NCBI GenBank assembly: GCA_000934665.2
Contig: JYFJ02004364.1
Coordinates: 1 to 32,628, forward strand
DNA length: 32,628 nt
Source: Catajapyx aquilonaris
Taxonomy: Eukaryota
Reading direction: 5' to 3'
Position numbers and translations under genes: made by a program. The number at the start of each line of letters is the position of its first letter. Position 1 is the first letter of the stretch. Shown piece by piece: positions 22,493 to 32,628 of this stretch. Below the pieces are notes generated by a model. The model worked only from the letters and a program-made list of their open reading frames with translations. It was not told where the DNA came from and made no database searches.

Positions 22493-22936
22493 CTATCCGT
22501 TGTGTTTGACTCTAAACAATAACTCCCAGGCAAATTATCAAAAAATAAAAAATAAAGTTACCGGTATATATCGTTCGAAAGCTTGTTTAAATCCCCGTTT
22601 CATATGTGCGAGTTGTTTTCCTATCGTCAGTCTCTAATTCTTTTTCGTAAAAAGAAGGCGGAAAAGTGTCATTTTTTGACTAGTTGCCGACGTTGCACCG
22701 CAAAGTGAATATTTTATGACACTTTCAGGAGCCCCCAAAAAATCCCCCTGTGAACCCTGGATAGTGCACATCTTTGTCTATCTAATTATATATTTGAAAC
22801 ATTGAGATTGCCATTTCTGTAATCAGAATTAAGTTAATTGCACATCTCTGTTATCTCGGCTGTTTATAATTCGAACTTTGCCTGGGAGTTGTTTAGAGTC
22901 AAATACAGGGCTCAATAGTATTAAATAAACGGATAG
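22493..22936. mobile_element. TA-flanked MITE in the copy 2 intron
   Basis: TA|CTATCCGTT...AACGGATAG|TA with inner inverted arms. An empty site (aacaattggtcca) is seen in copy 3 at ~32008-32020. Confidence 0.8.
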
Positions 22937-23000
22937 TAGTCCAGTTTTTCTTTCTTCGACACACTGACACAAGCAGATGAACAGGATAATACAGTAATAA

Positions 23001-24143
23001 CACTATGCAACAAAATTTGACTTTTTTTTGTCCATAGAAATTCATCGGCATATACGTGTTCCTTAGGTCACAAGTAACTTATAATGGGCATTCATTTTGT
23101 CTTTGATTTGTTTTTGACCTTTGGGCAGTCCAAAAACCAAAATTCTCAAATATAGCAGTTTTTCCGAATCAAGTGGGCCTAAATGTTGCTAGACGATCTC
23201 GGATTTTCCTGAGCATAATCACAGCTGTACACACCTATGCCGTAACACTGCTTATCAAGTTTCAGCCAAATTGCGAAATATCGCGGTGAGGGAAAAAATC
23301 GCGAAATTATGAAAACATGGGTTTTTTTGGATAATTTTTTTCGGTTATTGGAAGTGGTCAAAACCCAATCAACATATACGGTACATCAAATGAAAGAGAA
23401 ACGTGAGTAGAATGCGCCTATGGAATTTGTGTTTCTCGAAAATGCACTCAGAAAAAAAGTATGGCATTCAATCGGTCACATGCTCAGTAACATGTCCAAG
23501 TGTTTAGACCCCAACAATTAGTGATGTATTTGCGTAAGAGAAGCCATATTTGGTGACAGGAGTTGTGACCCATACCAATAAGATTCAATATGCTCAGTTT
23601 TAATCCTGGGTCATGCATGGCTCGCGAGAAAATAATAGATATGTTTCTCCGAATTACCATTAACTTTAATGGAGCCAAATTCGTGGAAATGTGACTGGCG
23701 AAATGCCACACATGCTTTTATGAGTGCATTGTCCAGAAAAACAAATTCCATGGGCGCATTCTACTCGCGTTTCTCTTTTATTTGATGTATATGTTGATTG
23801 GGTTTTGACAACTTCAAATAACCGGAAAAAAAATCATAAAAAAAACCATTTTCAAAATTTCGCGATTTTTTTCCCTCCCCATGGTATATCGAAATTTGGC
23901 TGTAACTGGATATGCAGTGTTACGGCATTGTGTACAGCTGTGATTATTTTCAGAAAAATCCGAGATGATCTAGCAACATTTAGGCCCACCTGATTGGGAA
24001 AAACTGCTATATTTGAGGATTTTGGTTTTTTGACTGCTCCGAGGTCAAAAACAAATCGAAGACAATCAATATGAGTTACGAGTGGCCTAAGGAGCATGGA
24101 AATAGCAATAAATTTCCATGGACAAATATCGTGTTGCATAATG
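23001..24143. mobile_element. CMC-like (CACTA/Transib-type termini) non-autonomous element with ~450-bp TIRs
   Basis: CACTATGCAACA...TGTTGCATAATG, flanked by TAATAA on both sides (TSD length ambiguous). Long inverted arms. Absent from copy 3. Confidence 0.78.
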
Positions 24144-24194
24144 TAATAACAAGTAATGTAATAATAAACCAAGAATTTTAAAAAAAAAACTCAC

Positions 24195-24260
24195 GTTTGC
24201 GGTTCTTGAAAATCCCGGTGAAATTATTAGATTGCACCCTCCCCATCGTATGCGGCCAAT
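24195..24260 (-). CDS. bol: boule-like copy 2, exon B: IGRIRWGGCNLIISPGFSRTAN
   Basis: Acceptor ccttttatatcccatcacctcatAG and donor AAC|GTGAGT. 66 nt, phase 0/0, no stops. Upstream intron is homologous to that of exon B in copies 1 and 3, and the L-x-I-x-P pattern is kept. Confidence 0.75.
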
Positions 24261-24815
24261 CTATGAGGTGATGGGATATAAAAGGTAATCTTGTAATCAT
24301 GCAACTGGAACTTCTTGCAAATATGCCACACTCTGCATTTAAATGAAACAGAAATTGAGTAATGCTGTCAAATAACTCAAAGCTGCCGAAAGAGGCCTTT
24401 CTGGGGTTTTCTCGTGTTCATATGATATAATAACTTACCAAGTAAAAGGCATAAAATGTACCCACCCAGTAAACAGAAACCCTGCATAAAGACACCATTA
24501 CGGGGACTGATATGCACCCTTCAAATTCATAAGGCCTGTCCCATCTACTCCCTTGCATAGTCTGACACTAACATTGCCCTGCAAAGAAGTTGCTATACGT
24601 ATACCATACAGGAACTCTGCCGCGAATTAAAGTTGGGCTCTACAAAAAATATCACTATTTAGACTATCACAAGTCCCCAGTATATAATATTGTATTACAA
24701 TTTAGTAATAGATACATTGAAGTAATGCAGATGGATAGTGGGGTTTCTCCTATTTCCATGGACTATAATGGCTAAGTGCAATTCCAAACAATATGGGCTA
24801 AAGAATGAAGCTCAC

Positions 24816-25004
24816 CCATTTTATGAGCCTCCAGGCCTCTTCCTCTGTTGCGAAGGTAACAAACCCGTACCCCATCGAAACCCCAGCTCGGCCAGAAATG
24901 ATCTTCACTCCCTTGATTACACCAAAGGGAGCAAAAAGACTAGTTAATTCCATTTCTGTCGTTTTGGGAGTCAGGTTTCCTACAAATACTCTGTTCAGGA
25001 ACAT
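24816..25004 (-). CDS. bol: boule-like copy 2, exon A coding part (RRM); the exon may start at 25106 or 25198
   Basis: MFLNRVFVGNL...SGRAGVSMGYGFVTFATEEEAWRLIKW, 37/63 aa identical to copy 1. Same donor context GTGAGCTTCATTCTTTA as copy 1. The frame is open upstream to a TAA at ~25137-25139. Confidence 0.85.
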
Positions 25005-26476
25005 TGTGACCGTTCTGTCGTCACTATCAGTTGCAGGAGAGGCTTCATGCAGTTCACAACCTCTGCTGCTCCTACCAGAGATGGACGACGCTATTTCTCT
25101 GGTTACCTGGTTGATGAAATAAATAAATAAATAATTTTAATTTAATTTTAATCAATATAAATAGACAGAATGGGTATTGGGAACTTAAAGCCCAAATACT
25201 GAAACAACAGCAGGTGTTCACAAGTCTAAATGCTTGATATTTATTAGTCTGAACAATGAGATATTTCATCAGACTGGGTCAAGTATTTATAGCTACAGTA
25301 TGTGAGAATAATAATGAGTCAATTTGTGATTATGGGTAGGCCTATCTATTAAATAGACCTACCCATAATCACAAATTGACTAATTATTAAGTTCTAAGGC
25401 AATAATGAGAACTCCTGGAATAAAATTAATTTATTATATTACCGCCTAGTGCATAGCTCTCTTGCAACTTGCAGTGTGTATCATGTATAAACCATGATAT
25501 ATCTTGCTATTTATATTTTTAGAGTGCGCAGAAGTAAAAAAATAAAAAATACGGTAGCATGTCATGCCCCTAGGTAGGCCTACTCACCTTCAAGGCAAGG
25601 CCCAGTCCATCTTCTCATTGGGTTCAAATAACACGTAGGCCTACAATGGTAATAATCTCTTACACTCCTTTATTGCCTCTCTACACTATATTGTCCTGTG
25701 TCTCCAAAATTTTAATGCAATCATGTCAAATAGTCAATTATGAGACCCTACCATTGTAAAGATGAAATCTTTGTGCAGGACGCCTACAAGTAGTTCGTCT
25801 TTTTCCAGATTAACGACGCGTTTCGCGACAAAAGTTTATTACTTTATTTCCCTGCGATATGCGTTACTGTATTTATGCTACTGTCTACTGAGCAGCCTTA
25901 ATCCTTGGCGATGCGACGTGACACACAGTAGTATAGTAGCCCTGTAGACTTACTTTATCGATTCAGTGCTGCTAGGAACGCGTGCTGGGGCAGTGGACTC
26001 CCATTGTTGATTTCGGAACTGTTTACCCTTATTGTTTCCAAACTGACAGGGACAGCAGAGCAGGCCAATCCAAAATGTCAGGTCGCGTGTTTCAAAACCG
26101 GAAGAAATACTGTGACTTATTTCTGTCGGTTATGGTGCTACCACCTGTCATAGAATGGGGCCCTAGCCTTGGCCTGGGATTTGGGTAATTTGTACACGAA
26201 TAGCTCATTCATGCATATAAACCTGCATTCCACCACTTTTCGGCATCAAAATGTCTAATTGATTAATTATCGGGGGTTTATTAAAAGTCACTCGCAAATT
26301 GGCGGGAAAAACGGGGGCATGGCCTAAAAAGCGCATTCCCACTCCTGCCTAACCAAGCCAACAACAGTGACGTCAGCAGACCGTTGCCTGGCGGTCGTTC
26401 GATTCTGCTTATTTACTGGCGGTCCTGTTCGATTCCGTTGTTAGGCAACAAACACAGGCACCTTAGACTGTATATA

Positions 26477-27060
26477 CAGGGTGTTAATGAATTCAATCGA
26501 CAAACTTGTAGGGTTGATAGAGTATAGAGGGGACCAAGACAAACATTTTTGACATAGGAAACCGTGTCCGGAAACGCCATCTGGAGGGGGTTCATAGACA
26601 AGGAACGGGTGCGCTCGGACGCGTCACGCGAGAGGCGCTAGTCGAGCGGACTGTTTTTTTGATAGATGGCGCGCAGGTGTTGCCAGGTTATGGCGTATCG
26701 TCGTGTCGTTGTAAGTAAACACAAACGCGATACGCCATAACCTGGCAACAACAGAATAACCGCTGTTGACTATCCGCGCGTCTCCTAGGAGGCGGACTTT
26801 AGTTGCTAGATGACTCTGTTGTTGCCACGTTATGGCACATCCAGGCACATCGCATCGTTACTATCCGAGCGCCATCTATCAACAAAACAATCCGCTCACC
26901 TAGCACCTCTCGCGTGACGCGTCTGAGCGCACCGCCCGTTCCTTGTCTATGAACCCCCTCTAGATGGCGTTTCCGGACACGGTTTCCTATGTCAAAAATG
27001 TTTGTCTTGGTCCCCTCTATTACCCCTACAAGTTTGTCGATTGAGTTCATTAACACCCTG
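26477..27060. mobile_element. Tc1/mariner-type MITE
   Basis: TA|CAGGGTGTTAATGAA...TTCATTAACACCCTG|TA, with ~195-bp TIRs and an internal hairpin at ~26678-26750. Confidence 0.9.
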
Positions 27061-27605
27061 TATACCAGTAGACGCTCCCCTCCCGTTTACGAGCAAGCGC
27101 AAAAGTGATGCCAACATCTCCGAGGGGGGGATCACGTGACTTAGGGCAAAAGGGAGGCGGGAAGACGAAATTAACATGGCGCCTTATGGGGATTCCGACT
27201 ATCTTGGCGCCGTCACTGTGAGGCGCATATTGGGACTAAAAATATGCAATGGGTACCAAATGATAGCTCCATTCATGCCCCGTCTCATGCCGTACATCTC
27301 CATCCGAGAGGTTGAGCGGGGAAGGACATATAAAATCCTACACTTTGTCATTGTTTCTCGCCGTAAGTGCAGTTTGTGTCACTACATCACTCAAACACCA
27401 CATTAAAATGTTCCAAATTTTAATATGTTGTACCTGATTGTACAGACAGTCTCCCTCTACATGTTTCACCAACTCGGGGCCGATTATCGAGGTTAATTTA
27501 ATTATGCGAAAATAAAAAAGTGAGCATATGAGTGATATCAAGGTGATATCGGAACTTAGGGCAGCTTCAGTTAGGTACTGATTGATCAAAGTATGTGCAA
27601 AATCT

Positions 27606-27701
<96 letters not shown>

Positions 27702-27745
27702 GCAGCAGCAGCAGCAATAGTAGCAGTAATAATAATAATTGTGCC

Positions 27746-27823
<78 letters not shown>
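27606..27823. repeat. inverted microsatellite pair (AAT)n...(AGC)n...(TAT)n
   Basis: Directly visible. Extends the foldback stem almost to a gtgcc loop at ~27741. Confidence 0.95.
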
Positions 27824-27825
<2 letters not shown>

Positions 27826-28116
27826 GTTTTGCACGGACTTTGATCAATCAGTACCTAACTGAAGCTGCCCTAAGTTCCGATATCACTCATATGCTCACTT
27901 TTTTATTTTCGCATAATTAAATCAACCTCGATAATCGGCCCCGAGTTGGTGAAACATGCAGAGGGAGACTGTCTGTACAACATATTAAAATTTGGAACAT
28001 TTTTATGTGGTTGTTTGAGTGATGTAGTGACACAAACTGCACTTACGGCGAGAAACAATGACAAAGTGTAGGATTTTATATGTCCTTCCCCGCTCAACCT
28101 CTCAGATGGAGATGTA

Positions 28117-29438
28117 GGGTAAAGTAAGGTTGGATGGCAAATTTTCCAAGCAAATTTTTTTTACGAGGTTAGGTTCACCATTTTAACCAAAGTTTTGGGC
28201 CAATATCATTTTTCAAATATCCTTCACCATAAGTAAATAATTACAGAAAGCAAATAAGCAATACATTATATGTCAATTAACTTCTAAATTTCAGCTGCAA
28301 ATAGTAAGATTTTTCAAAACAGTAGGTTGAATGGCAAGCCCATCAGGTTGCATGGCAAAGTGTAAAATTACATGGCAATTTATTAGGTATATCAGAAATA
28401 ATAATCACTATTAAAGGGGGGTTCACACTAGCTGACGGGAGCATACGAAAAGACCGATCCGAAAGAGTGGACCAATCAGAGCCCACTTGAGGATGACGAA
28501 AAGTGAAAGGGATTACGAAACGGAAAAGACGGGAGAAATCAACTTTTGACGGACACGGAATACGGAATACGTAGGCTTACGGACCTATCCACCAATGGAA
28601 GAGCCAGGAAAGCGGCAGGGGTGTGGCGAGCGAAAGTGAAAAGAAAATCCGGCAGCGCCTCTGGCGAGGACAGGACGAAGGACATCAGTCGGGAGTCGAG
28701 ACCCAGGGGGAGCGGGCCTCGGGAGATGGGAGAAGAGAAGGGTATGATACCGGTCCGAAGGGAGGGAGAGCCCGAGGGAGATCCGGCTTCCTCCCCGAGA
28801 ATTCAAGCACAGCGCATGCGCTGCGGGATACAGAGGCTAAAGCCACGCCACTCGCTTTTGTGTCTGAACACCTTTCCCCTCTTTCCGTTCGTTCCGTCAT
28901 ACCGTTCCGTTCGTTTCGTAGCTAGTGTGAACGCGCCTTAAAGCTGTTTAGTGGGACCAGACCCGCTCCTCTGAAGGCACCTTGAATGTTAGTGACCACA
29001 AGTCCAAGTTGGAAAATGAGTGCCTCCATGACAGGTGCAACCTTAAAAATTTGCCAACTTTGTTAAGGCCTGTACGAGCGCTATTGTGAATTTTTCAAAA
29101 CTGTGTTTAGTCACAATTGTTCTTTAAACTCTCTAAATTGGATTCATATGCATTAAATTATGAAATACTGACTTTCTAACTCACTATTAATCTGTTTTTG
29201 ACCGTGAGGTCCGGCCGCGCTCCAGCAGACGCCAAAAAATTTCCAATATGGCTTCCTCTTCGGATAATTAGGTTGTCACACAATATATGGCAGTGAAGTA
29301 TTTTTTGTAACACAGCTGGAAGGTGGCTCCACACTATGAATAAACGGCAACTTTAGAAAGGCGCGATTTCATAACTATTTTAATTTAACAAAAATCTTTG
29401 CCATCCAACCTGACTTGCCATCCAACCTAATTTTACCC
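28117..29438. mobile_element. TA-duplicating non-autonomous DNA transposon nested in the foldback arm
   Basis: TA|GGGTAAAGTAAGGTTGGATGGCAA...TTGCCATCCAACCTAATTTTACCC|TA. The left arm shows the empty site with a single TA (~27294). Confidence 0.85.
28415..28938. mobile_element. PIF/Harbinger-like MITE (innermost insertion)
   Basis: TAA|AGGGGGGTTCACACTAGCT...AGCTAGTGTGAACGCGCCT|TAA, with a 3-bp TAA TSD. Confidence 0.8.
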
Positions 29439-30059
29439 TACAGCATGAGACGGGGCATGAGTGGAGCTATCATTTGGTAACCATTGCATATTTTTAGTCC
29501 CAATAGGCGCCTCACAGTGACGGCGCAAAGATAGTCGGAATCCCCATAAGGCGCCATGTTAATTTCGTCTTCCCGCCTCCCTGTTGCCCTAAGTCACGTG
29601 ATCCCCCCCCCCCCCTCGGAGATGTTGACATCACTTTTGAGAGGGAGAGGGAGCGTCTACTGGTATATATGGTCTAAGACAGGAACAAAGCAGCCCGGGT
29701 GCATTTACTGCCTCTGCACCGATCTGTTTAGCAACACTGACGTCAGAGGGTAATACGATACCGTATAATTATTATGATCTTAGACTTAGATCGATCATAG
29801 CTCGAAGACTAATGTGTATTTCTTCAAACAAAAAACACCAAAATTTATTTAAAAATAGTGATGATTTTTTACATGGGTTTGTAAAATGAAGGCTAGGACC
29901 CCATTTGGTGTCTCTCACACGCAAAGGGTGTTACGGAACACTAAGCTTGCCAGGCAATCACACATGCATTATCCACACGCATGGCGGAAGGTGATCAACA
30001 AAATAATGCACAGGGTGAATGTAAAGTCAGGACACATAGGTAAATGGATTGTATCGATA

Positions 30060-30811
30060 CAAGGGCAAATCAATAAGTAACGCACAATAATTTTTTTCGA
30101 GCCAAGTTTAATGTCTATAACAAATGTTTTATAGGTGACAGCAAGGAACAATCTTTGGCTATATTTTAAAGCATATGAACCGTTTCTGTTGATGCATTTG
30201 TCTCACTATGGCACAAGGTTTAAAATACCATGTTTTTATAGCTCCGTTTTTTGCCTTTTTTTCTTTGTCTTTTTTTTTGTCTTTTTTTAAAGAAGGCAAA
30301 GAGACGAAAGTCGCTCGGCGTAAGGTCAGGTCCATGGCCAGGTCTGTACACATTTGCATGAGGGTGCCCCCAAGTGCATCAAAAGAGAACGAGCCAGCAA
30401 AGATGGCGAATGTGTTAGCATCGTCCACCCTTATTGAGCAATAAGCTGCTGTTCTTTTTTTGTCGGAGAAAGGGAAAACACTCACCCAAATTCACACGGA
30501 CATGACAGAAGTGTATGGGAACACATGCCTGGACCATACCAACATTTCAAGATGGTGTACTTGTTTTTTGAGACCGAGAAGACATTGCCGATCAGCATCG
30601 TCCCGGCCCCCCAGTGAAAAAGGTATTTATGGCAAAAAACGGAGCTCTAAAAACCTGGCATCTCTTGTGCCACGGTGGGACCAATGCATCAACAGAAACG
30701 ATTCATATGTTGAAAATTAGCCAAAGGTTGTTCCTTGCTGTCACCTATATAAAACATTTGTTAACTTTGTTCGAAAAAACTAATTGTGCGTTACTTATTG
30801 ATTTGCCCTCG
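30060..30811 (+). mobile_element. internally deleted mariner element with expanded TIRs
   Basis: TA|CAAGGGCAAATCAATAAGTAACGCAC...GTGCGTTACTTATTGATTTGCCCTCG|TA. Remnants MANVLASSTLIEQ*..IHTDMTEVYG..ISRWC..F and LVPRWDQCINRNDSYVEN*. The catalytic domain is missing. Confidence 0.9.
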
Positions 30812-31090
30812 TATAATTATGTTGGTTGCAGTTCTACCAGCTATTACTAGTAGGTTGTTGACAGTCAGTAAAGGTTGAATATTATACAGTACATTTAAAA
30901 ATACTGTGTTTTTCCTAGGAAAAGCGGTTTCTCCATTGGTCTCTCCAAATCATTCCCCAGTGAATTTCCACGCCCTTTCAAGAGTTGAATATTCCCTATT
31001 AAATACAGGTGCACACTAATTGTCTCCCAGTTACATTCTAATTGCTGCGATCTCTGTCACTCACTATACAGGCATCAACCCCTGCTAATA

Positions 31091-31620
31091 CAGTGTGATT
31101 CACTAGGTAGTTGACCCAAGTAAATGTGTGTAGTTTTCCTAGTAATACACGGAAACAGATAGATATTACGCCAATCCCTTCAACATTTCCTTCGCCGGGA
31201 GGTGTTACGTGACGCGGCTCATGAGTCACCAAAAGTCATGGCGCAAATTATCGCGAGAGACTGGATGTTCCTTTTCAAAGCGTCAAAGGGTCTTCGTCCG
31301 TATCGTGTGACGACTTTTACTTGTGGGGAGATTTAAAGGGGACTGTGTACAAGACGAAACCTCGCACCTTGGCAGACATGGAGAGGAACATTGAAGACGC
31401 TATTTAAACCATTGATCGATTGATGGAGCGAAGTTTGGTGTCCATAGATATTAAAGGCTGTGTCTGGACATCGGCGCGGCGGCCATTTTTAGCACTCACT
31501 GTGATCACTCGTCGCCTTTAGCATCATACGTGGTATGTTTGAAACAAAATACAGACTTTGCTTGCGTTCTATGCGGGTTAGGAAGTTATATTCAGGTCAA
31601 CTACCAAATGAATCACCCTG
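31091..31620 (+). mobile_element. Tc1/mariner fossil with both TIRs
   Basis: TA|CAGTGTGATTCACTAGGTAGTTGACC...GGTCAACTACCAAATGAATCACCCTG. Remnant DFYLWGDLKGTVYKTKPRTLADMERNIEDAI. Confidence 0.75.
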
Positions 31621-31982
31621 GTATTACAAGTAATACCAATCACCACGATCGTCAAATTATTATCATCACTGACGTCATCAGCAGGGGAGAAATGAACCCA
31701 CTCGCTCACGATAATTCAAGTTTGGTGGGATTTTTCTCCCTTCCGGAGAGATGTTTGCCCACATGCCAATTAGTGCAACCCGTGCACTTTTGCATTTACT
31801 GACTGTGGATCTAAAAACCACTTGACTGCACACTTACAAATTGTTGAAAACTGCTGAAATTGTCCTCAGTCCTGGGAGTTTACCCAGGCACGCCACCGTT
31901 AACTTACCAATATGCATAAACCATATAAGCATTTTACAACAATAATACCTTAATGGCACAGTGACATTGAGTTGCCTCTACT
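31621..31982 (-). other. candidate 3' exons / 3' UTR of copy 3, paralogous to 22093-22471
   Basis: Clear nucleotide similarity with indels to copy 2. Acceptors at 31982/31977 and 31810, donor at 31908. The tested splice paths hit stops early (SRGNSMSLCH*, IHSQ*). Confidence 0.4.
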
Positions 31983-32103
31983 CTAGAGGAGCAAAAAAAA
32001 ACAAAAAAACAATTGGTCCAGGTTTTCCTGCCTCAACACACCGACACAAATATATGGACATGATCTTATTTAATAAGCCGGAAATTGTTATTTAAAAACT
32101 CAC

Positions 32104-32178
32104 GGGCGCCGCTTCCGATCCCTGGGTCATCCTGGCCGGACCAATGGTAATTTTGTTGTTGTCCATGAAGATGAATTC
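32104..32178 (-). CDS. bol: boule-like copy 3, exon B: EFIFMDNNKITIGPARMTQGSEAAP
   Basis: Acceptor cttgtattccttctcatcacAG and donor CCC|GTGAGT. 75 nt, phase 0/0, with an IGPA motif. Flanking intron aligns closely with copy 1. Exon A is presumably outside the window. Confidence 0.8.
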
Positions 32179-32628
32179 CTGTGATGAGAAGGAATACAAG
32201 AAGAAATCCTATAATATGAAATATTGGAACCTCATGCAAATATCTCACACTGTGCAATAATGTAGGCCTACAGTACTACCCAAAATAGGATAATACCGCA
32301 AATAACCTCAAATCCTCCAAAACGAACTTTGTGGGTTTCTCTGGTCTGCAGGCAAAAGGTAGTGTCCGGGTTGCGCGCACCTAGGCAACGCCATTGGCAA
32401 CACTGCATGCATTTCGTTCAAAATCGATACCATCCGATACCACTGACATCTTTTAGTATTTTTAATTGTTGCAGTCATCTTGCAGCAAATACGGTACTGT
32501 AATGGGCTCTTAGGTACAATAAAAATCGAGTGTACCGAGCAGAGAAGTCCACAGTGGTTCATACCAGCTAGCAAGCAACTGAGACTGCGACTCAGTTTCC
32601 GTGCTACCGAAAATAAAGTCAACATAAT

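Larger units (their letters stand above)
27065..29663. mobile_element. foldback element with ~540-bp unique arms and an (AAT)n/(TAT)n centre, right arm interrupted
   Basis: TA|CCAGTAGACGCTCCC...GGGAGCGTCTACTGG|TA. 27065-27605 pairs with 27823-28116 plus 29441-29663. Confidence 0.88.

Noticed and set aside
20829..25198. boule copies as haplotype or assembly duplication artefacts
   Set aside because: The copies are far too divergent (~59% aa in the RRM) and carry different TE insertions.
27338..27920. Poly-Ile/Asn/Tyr ORFs up to 169 aa
   Set aside because: Microsatellite centre of a foldback element, with no coding signal.
28546..28941. Overlapping GC-rich ORFs
   Set aside because: Interior of a Harbinger-like MITE, with no recognisable motif.

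Overview
AT-rich, intron-containing animal genomic DNA (repeat content looks insect-like; the species cannot be determined from this window). Most of the window is DNA-transposon remnants, MITEs and SINEs. The main host content is a head-to-tail, minus-strand array of at least three divergent boule/DAZ-family RRM gene copies. Copy 1 has exon A at 20829-21188 and exon B at 15822-15890. Copy 2 has exon A at 24816-~25198 and exon B at 24195-24260. Copy 3 has exon B at 32104-32178, with its exon A presumably beyond the right edge. The B exons are not visible in the ORF track and were found by splice-site reading. All have canonical AG/GT sites, phase-0 junctions and open frames. By hand alignment, exon B of copies 1 and 3 is only ~55% identical (38/69 nt, 8/23 aa) while the adjacent intron is ~87% identical, suggesting diversifying selection on a normally conserved germline RNA-binding protein. 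No DAZ-repeat exon is recognisable. The rest includes a decayed multi-exon EnSpm/CACTA-like element, Tc1/mariner, pogo-like, hAT-like, Harbinger-like, Helitron and Merlin remnants, two SINE families with TSDs, a triple-nested foldback element, and many short foldback hairpins. All alignments and family calls were made by eye, without database searches.
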